Part shown: positions 59,039-64,000 of the stretch, piece after piece
Layout: the number at the start of each line of letters is the position of its first letter
Position numbering within the stretch: position 1 is the first letter of the stretch
Assembly: GCA_963709285.1 (NCBI GenBank)
Contig: CAVPVR010000009.1
Span: 201,063-265,062 of the forward strand
Source: an uncultured delta proteobacterium
GTDB taxonomy: Bacteria > Desulfobacterota > Desulfobaccia > Desulfobaccales > 0-14-0-80-60-11
Direction of reading: 5' to 3'
DNA length: 64,000 bases
The notes under the pieces: model-generated
Told to the model about the DNA's origin: nothing
The model's database searches: none
The model's input: only the letters and a program-made list of their open reading frames with translations
Program-made: the position numbers and the translations under genes

Positions 59039-60256
59039 ATGCTTGCGGTAACTTCTCACATCACCCCCCCGGCGCGACGCGGTCAGGCCAAGTCTCGCAA
59101 ATTTCAGTCTTTCTTGTCTTCTGAAAGTCCTTTTGCCCTCCTGGTCTTTTTGCTTCTGTGCTTTGCCAGTATCTTTCTGCCAGCCTGTTCCGAAGGGAAA
59201 TCCGACCTGCCCCTCAAGGCCCCGCCGGTTCCCGTGACGGTGGGCACTGTCACCCAAAAGACCGTGCCGGTGATGGTCAAAGCCATCGGCAACGTGGAGG
59301 CCTATACCTCGGTATCCGTAAAAGCCCGGGTGGGAGGGGAACTGAAACAGGTTCACTTTCAGGAAGGCCAGGAAGTCAAAAAGGGTGACCTGCTCTTTAC
59401 CATCGACCCCCGGCCTTATGAAGCAAATTTACAAGAGGCCCAGGCCAAGCTGGCCCGGGACCGGGCTCTTTTGAAGAAGGCTCAAGATGACGCCCAGCGC
59501 TATACCCGCTTGATCAAAGACGATCTCATCAGCCGGGAGCAGTATGATCAGGTCATAGCCAATTCACAGGCCCTGGGAGCCACCGTGCAAGCGGATGAAG
59601 CAGCCGCGACCTATGCCCGTTTGCAAGTTGGGTACTGCTTTATTTATTCTCCCGTCTCGGGCCGCACCGGCAGTCTCCTGATCAACCAGGGCAATCTCAT
59701 CAAAGCCGAGGACGAAAAAAATCCCATTATAATCATCCACCAGATTCAGCCCATCTATGTCAGCTTTGCAGTCCCGGAAAAATATTTCCCGGAAATCAAA
59801 GCAGCCATGGAAAAGGGGACCCTGCCGGTGTCCGCGGCCATTGCCGGGGACGAGCCCCAACCGGTCCAGGGAAAACTCACCTTCATAGATAACCAGGTGG
59901 ACCGCACCACCGGCACCGTTCGAATGAAGGGCACGTTTAACAACTCTGAAAAACGCCTCTGGCCCGGCCAATTTGTCGATGCATCTGTCGAGCTGTCATC
60001 CCAGCCCAATGCCTTGGTGGTCCCCGCTGAAGCCTTGCAGACCGGGCAGGGCGAGCAGTTCGTCTTCGTGGTCAAGCCCGATCAGACGGTGGACTATCGG
60101 GCCATTCAGGTGGAGCGCATCATAAACGGCGAGGCGGTGGTGAAGAAAGGGGTGGCCGTGGGTGAGCAGGTGGTCACCGACGGCCAGTTGCGGTTGGTTC
60201 CCGGGGCCCGGGTGGAGATTAAACCACAGCCCCCGGCCAAAGACAAGTCTTCATGA
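59039..60256 (+). CDS. RND efflux periplasmic adaptor (membrane fusion protein)
   Basis: 405 aa. Lipoprotein-like LLCFASIFLPAC. VKARVGGELKQVHFQEGQEVKKGDLLFTIDPRPYEA, coiled-coil hairpin, SPVSGRTG and VPAEAL. Confidence 0.88.
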   Translation: MLAVTSHITPPARRGQAKSRKFQSFLSSESPFALLVFLLLCFASIFLPACSEGKSDLPLKAPPVPVTVGTVTQKTVPVMVKAIGNVEAYTSVSVKARVGGELKQVHFQEGQEVKKGDLLFTIDPRPYEANLQEAQAKLARDRALLKKAQDDAQRYTRLIKDDLISREQYDQVIANSQALGATVQADEAAATYARLQVGYCFIYSPVSGRTGSLLINQGNLIKAEDEKNPIIIIHQIQPIYVSFAVPEKYFPEIKAAMEKGTLPVSAAIAGDEPQPVQGKLTFIDNQVDRTTGTVRMKGTFNNSEKRLWPGQFVDASVELSSQPNALVVPAEALQTGQGEQFVFVVKPDQTVDYRAIQVERIINGEAVVKKGVAVGEQVVTDGQLRLVPGARVEIKPQPPAKDKSS

Positions 60257-63200
60257 GCATCGCCTCCCCGTTCATCCGGCGTCCGGTCATGACCACTCTG
60301 GTCATGGCGGCCATTCTGCTGTTCGGCTTCATCGCCTACCGGCATCTGCCGGTGAGCCACCTGCCCAACGTGGACTTTCCCACCATTCTGGTGAATGCTT
60401 CTCTGCCCGGGGCCACCCCCGAGACCATGGCCGCCGCAGTAGCTACCCCCCTGGAGCGGGAGTTTTCCACCATTGCGGGTTTGGATTCCATGAACTCTGC
60501 CAACGCCCTGGGGTTCAGTCAGATCACCCTGCAGTTCGCCTTGAGCCGCGACCTGGACGCCGCGGCCCAGGACGTGCAGGCGGCCATCTCCAAAGCCAGC
60601 CGCAGCCTGCCCCAGGACATGCCGAGCCCGCCCTCCTTCACCAAGGTGAACCCCGCGGACATGCCCGTGCTCTACGTGGCCCTGACCTCGCCCACCCTGC
60701 CGTTGTCCACCGTGCACGAGTACGCCGACACCCTCATGGCCCAGCGCATTTCCATGATCAGCGGCGTGGCCCAGGTCCAGGTGTACGGGGCCCAAAAGTA
60801 CGCGGTGCGCGTTCAGGTTGACCCCCAGGCCCTGGCCTCCCGGGGCATCGGCATCGACGAGGTGGGTGCCGCGGTGCAAAAAGGCAACGTCAACCTGCCC
60901 ACCGGCACCCTCTACGGCCCCCACCATGCCTTTGCCGTCCAGGCCACGGGCCAGTTAACCAATGCCGCGGCCTACCGTCCTCTCATTGTGACATATCGAG
61001 GGGGCCATCCGGTCCGTCTGGAGGAGTTGGGCCGGGTCATCGACAGCGTCGAGGAAGACAAGATCGCCAGCTGGTACAACACCACGCGGGCCGTGGTCCT
61101 GGCCATTCAGCGCCAGCCCGGCACCAACACCATTGAAGTGGTGGATGCGGTCAGAAAACTGCTCCCCACCTTCCGCACCCAGATTCCTGCGTCCATAGAG
61201 CTGGTGGTCCTCTATGACCGCTCCGTATCCATCCGGGACTCGGTGCATGACGTGAAATTCACCCTCTTTCTGGCCATGTCCCTGGTGGTCCTGGTGATCT
61301 TTCTGTTTCTGCGCAACCTCTCGGCCACGGTGATCCCGTCGCTGGCGCTCCCCATGTCCATCATCGGCACCTTCTCGGTGATGTATCTTCTGGATTATAG
61401 CGTAGATAATCTCTCCCTCATGGCTCTGACCCTGTCGGTGGGTTTTGTGGTGGATGACGCCATTGTGGTGCTGGAGAATATTGTGCGCCACATGGAGATG
61501 GGCAAGGGCCCCTGGGAGGCGTCCCTGGAAGGCTCCAAAGAAATCGGCTTCACCATCGTTTCCATGACCCTGTCTCTGGCCGCAGCCTTCATCCCGGTGC
61601 TGTTCATGGGGGGAATCTTAGGCAGGCTGCTCAATGAATTTGCCGTGACTATCGCGGCAGCCATCCTGGTTTCCGGGTTTGTCTCGCTCACTCTCACCCC
61701 CATGCTCTGCAGCCGCTATCTCAAGCCGCCGAAAGCGGAGAGGCATGGCCGGCTTTATCTTCTTACCGAGCGCTTCTTTGAGGGCATGCTCAAGCTGTAT
61801 GATGTCACCCTCAAGGCAGTGCTGCGCCACCCCCGGGCCACCCTGATCGCCTCGGGGGTGCTTCTGGTGGTCACGGCCTACCTCTTTGTGGTCATTCCCA
61901 AGGGCTTTCTTCCCAGCGAGGACCAGGGTACTATCTTCGCCTTCACGGAAGCCTCCCAGGGGATTTCTTTCGATGCCATGATGCAGCATCAGCTGGCCGT
62001 AGGGGCGGTGGTTCGCCAGAACCCTTATGTAAAATCCTATTTTTCCGCCATCGGCGCCAGCCGGCATAGCCCGGCAGCCAACACCGGCCGGATCTTCATG
62101 CAGCTCAAACCCCGGGACCAGCGTCCCCATGTAGATGAAATCATTAAGCAACTGCGGGGCCAGGTGGCTTCCGTGCCAGGAATCAAGGTCTTTCCCCAGA
62201 ACCTCCCTCCCATCCGCATCGGCGGCACTTTGACCAAAAGCCTCTACCAGTTTACGCTCCAGAGCCCGGATACCGAGGAGTTGTATCGGTTCGCCACTCT
62301 CATGGAACAGAAAATGCGGGATTTGCCCATCTTGCAGGACGTGACCAGCGACTTGTTGATCAAGAATCCCCAGGTGGATGTCAACATTGACCGGGACCAG
62401 GCCGCGGCCCTGGGAATCACGGCCCACCAGGTGGAGGATGCCCTGTACAGCGCCTATAGTTCCCGGCAGATTTCCACCATTTACGCGCCCAATAATGAAT
62501 ATAGGGTCATCATGGAGTTGGAGCCCCGGTACCAGACGGGACCCCTCGGCCCTGCCCCTGCTCTATATCAGGTCTGCCACGGGGCAATTGGTGCCGTTGA
62601 ACGTGGTGGCCAAACTAGAGCGGCACCGTGGGGCCCCTGACGGTGAACCACTCGGGGCAGCTCCCCGCGGTCACCCTGTCGTTTAACCTCAAGGCTGGCG
62701 TGGCCCTGAGCCAGGCGGTGGACGCCGTGCAAAAACTCGCCCGGGATACCCTGCCGGCCACCATCGTCACCAACTTTCAGGGCGCGGCCCAGGCTTTTCA
62801 GAGCTCCCTGCAAGGCCTGTGGATTCTTCTGCTCATGTCCATCCTGGTCATCTATTTGATCCTGGGTATTCTTTATGAAAGCTTCATCCACCCCCTGACC
62901 ATCCTGTCAGGTTTGCCCTCTGCGGGTTTCGGCGCTTTGGTGACTCTGATGCTTTTCGGCATGGACCTGAACATTTATGCCTTTCGTGGGGGTGATCATG
63001 CTGGTGGGCATCGTCAAGAAAAACGCCATCATGATGATCGACTTTGCCCTGGAAGCCCAGCGGTCGGAGGGCAAAAGCCCGGCTGAGGCCATTTATCAAG
63101 GCTGCCTGGTGCGGTTTCGGCCCATCATGATGACCACCATGGCGGCGCTGATGGGGTCTCTTCCCATCGCCCTCGGTTTCGGGGCCGGGGGAGAAGCCCG

Positions 63201-63408
63201 CCAACCTCTGGGTCTGGCCGTAGTGGGGGGCCTCATGTTTTCCCAGCTCATCACCCTCTATATCACGCCGGTCATTTACACGTATCTGGAATACTCCCAG
63301 GAAAAGATCAAGGACCTCTTGAAAATAAAGAAAGCTATTCCCCACCCCTCCTTAGCTCCAACAGAAATTGCCAGTGAACCCGAGACCTTCCGCAAAAGTC
63401 AAACCTGA
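60253..63408 (+). pseudogene. RND efflux permease (AcrB/MdtC-like), spread over three frames by three single-base insertions (pseudogene or sequence error)
   Basis: Homology is continuous across ORFs 60253..62640, 62378..62686, 62628..63086 and 62977..63408 (FIRRPVMTTLVMAAILLFG ... [21 protein letters not shown] ... [29 protein letters not shown]). Switches occur near 62534-62541, 62629-62637 and 62980-62984. Confidence 0.9.
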
Positions 63409-63487
63409 GCTGATCTGACCGCCAGCTATTCGTTAACTAAACAGTTACTAATTCTTTGTCAGGGGATCCCCTGGGTCGGGGTCAGGG

Positions 63488-63516
63488 AGGCAACCCTCAG
63501 GGGTTGGCTTCTTCTC
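63488..63516 (+). terminator. Hairpin terminator between convergent genes
   Basis: AGGCAACCC TCAG GGGTTGGCT (one G-U pair) followed by TCTTCTC. Confidence 0.4.
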
Positions 63517-63943
63517 AGGTCAAACCTGCAGACTTTAATAAGCCGCGCAGGTGGTGGGCCAGGACTTCTAGTTTGAAGGGTTTCATCAGATAATTTTCAT
63601 AAGGTGTTATCACCGCGGCGGCGATTTGTTCCTCTGAACATTCTCCGGTAATGAGCAGTAGGGGAGTGGCCTGGTATTTCTGGGAGCGCCGCATGAGCCG
63701 CAATAGTTCAAAACCGTCCATCCTGGGCATGTTGAGATCGCTAATCACCAGGCAGAAAGTATTTTCCTGGAGCATGTTCCAGGCCTCCAAACCGTCTTGG
63801 GCTTCGGCCACGGAGCCGCCCACCCCAAGGTGCAAGAGCATTTTTTTCAAGATGGTCCGCAGGGGAGACATGTCGTCTACTACGAGCACGTGCAGTTCCC
63901 TAAAGATTTCCTGATCATCCAACTGCACATCTCGCGTGGTCAT
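63515..63943 (-). CDS. Single-domain response regulator (CheY-like receiver)
   Basis: The ORF extends to 63991; ATG 63943 (MTTRDVQ) is plausible. VLVVDDMSPLR, LVISDLNMPRMDG, LLITGE and YLMKPF. Confidence 0.85.
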   Translation of the reverse strand: MTTRDVQLDDQEIFRELHVLVVDDMSPLRTILKKMLLHLGVGGSVAEAQDGLEAWNMLQENTFCLVISDLNMPRMDGFELLRLMRRSQKYQATPLLLITGECSEEQIAAAVITPYENYLMKPFKLEVLAHHLRGLLKSAGLT

Positions 63944-64000
63944 ACAGGGACCTCCCTTCCTGAAGGAGTTTGGTTGGGTTTCGTCCACCATGTCCTATAA

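Overview
This is a GC-rich, densely coding bacterial chromosomal window. I saw no rRNA, tRNA or CRISPR array, and it is unusually rich in intergenic palindromic repeats. Gene order, left to right: ilvD; dnaN-gyrB without dnaA or recF; a tandem pair of unknown small proteins; an ECF sigma / anti-sigma / Spy-CpxP-like envelope-stress module split by two oppositely oriented encapsulated-ferritin-like (EncFtn-type) genes; rhodanese and TPR proteins; a complete pentose-phosphate cluster (tkt-gnd-pgl-rpe-zwf); ubiE; an oxidative-stress block (pirin, wrbA, perR with Per-box-like operators, katG, di-haem cytochrome c peroxidase, small Zn-ribbon protein); lolA; nadA; ligA; acyP; a GAF histidine kinase plus receiver; glgA plus a GalT-family gene; hisA; a large radical SAM gene (TIGR03960/DUF2344 type, from memory) followed by RNase G; selB; and an IS630-family element. 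The most unusual stretch runs from about 47.1 to 58.3 kb. It holds a 36-codon ORF overlapping the start of a B12-binding radical SAM enzyme, a 119-aa ORF that reuses the same promoter, leader and N-terminus, a CheB-CheR-PAS fusion, a multi-PAS HisKA_3 kinase, a LuxR-type response regulator, a pseudo-receiver kinase and a Cys-cluster orphan protein. Three copies of a 20-bp palindrome, TGACCA-N8-TGGTCA, tie these units together, each at a fixed distance from a -10-like hexamer. The window ends with an RND efflux pair and a receiver protein. Eight apparent single-nucleotide insertions break katG (1), ligA (3), the IS630 transposase (1) and the RND pump (3); these may be sequence errors rather than biology. 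My lineage guess is an anaerobic deltaproteobacterium-like (Thermodesulfobacteriota) organism, based on selB, the many PAS/GAF sensors and the repeat families, but this cannot be established without a database search. All family assignments come from reading the motifs by eye; no search was run.
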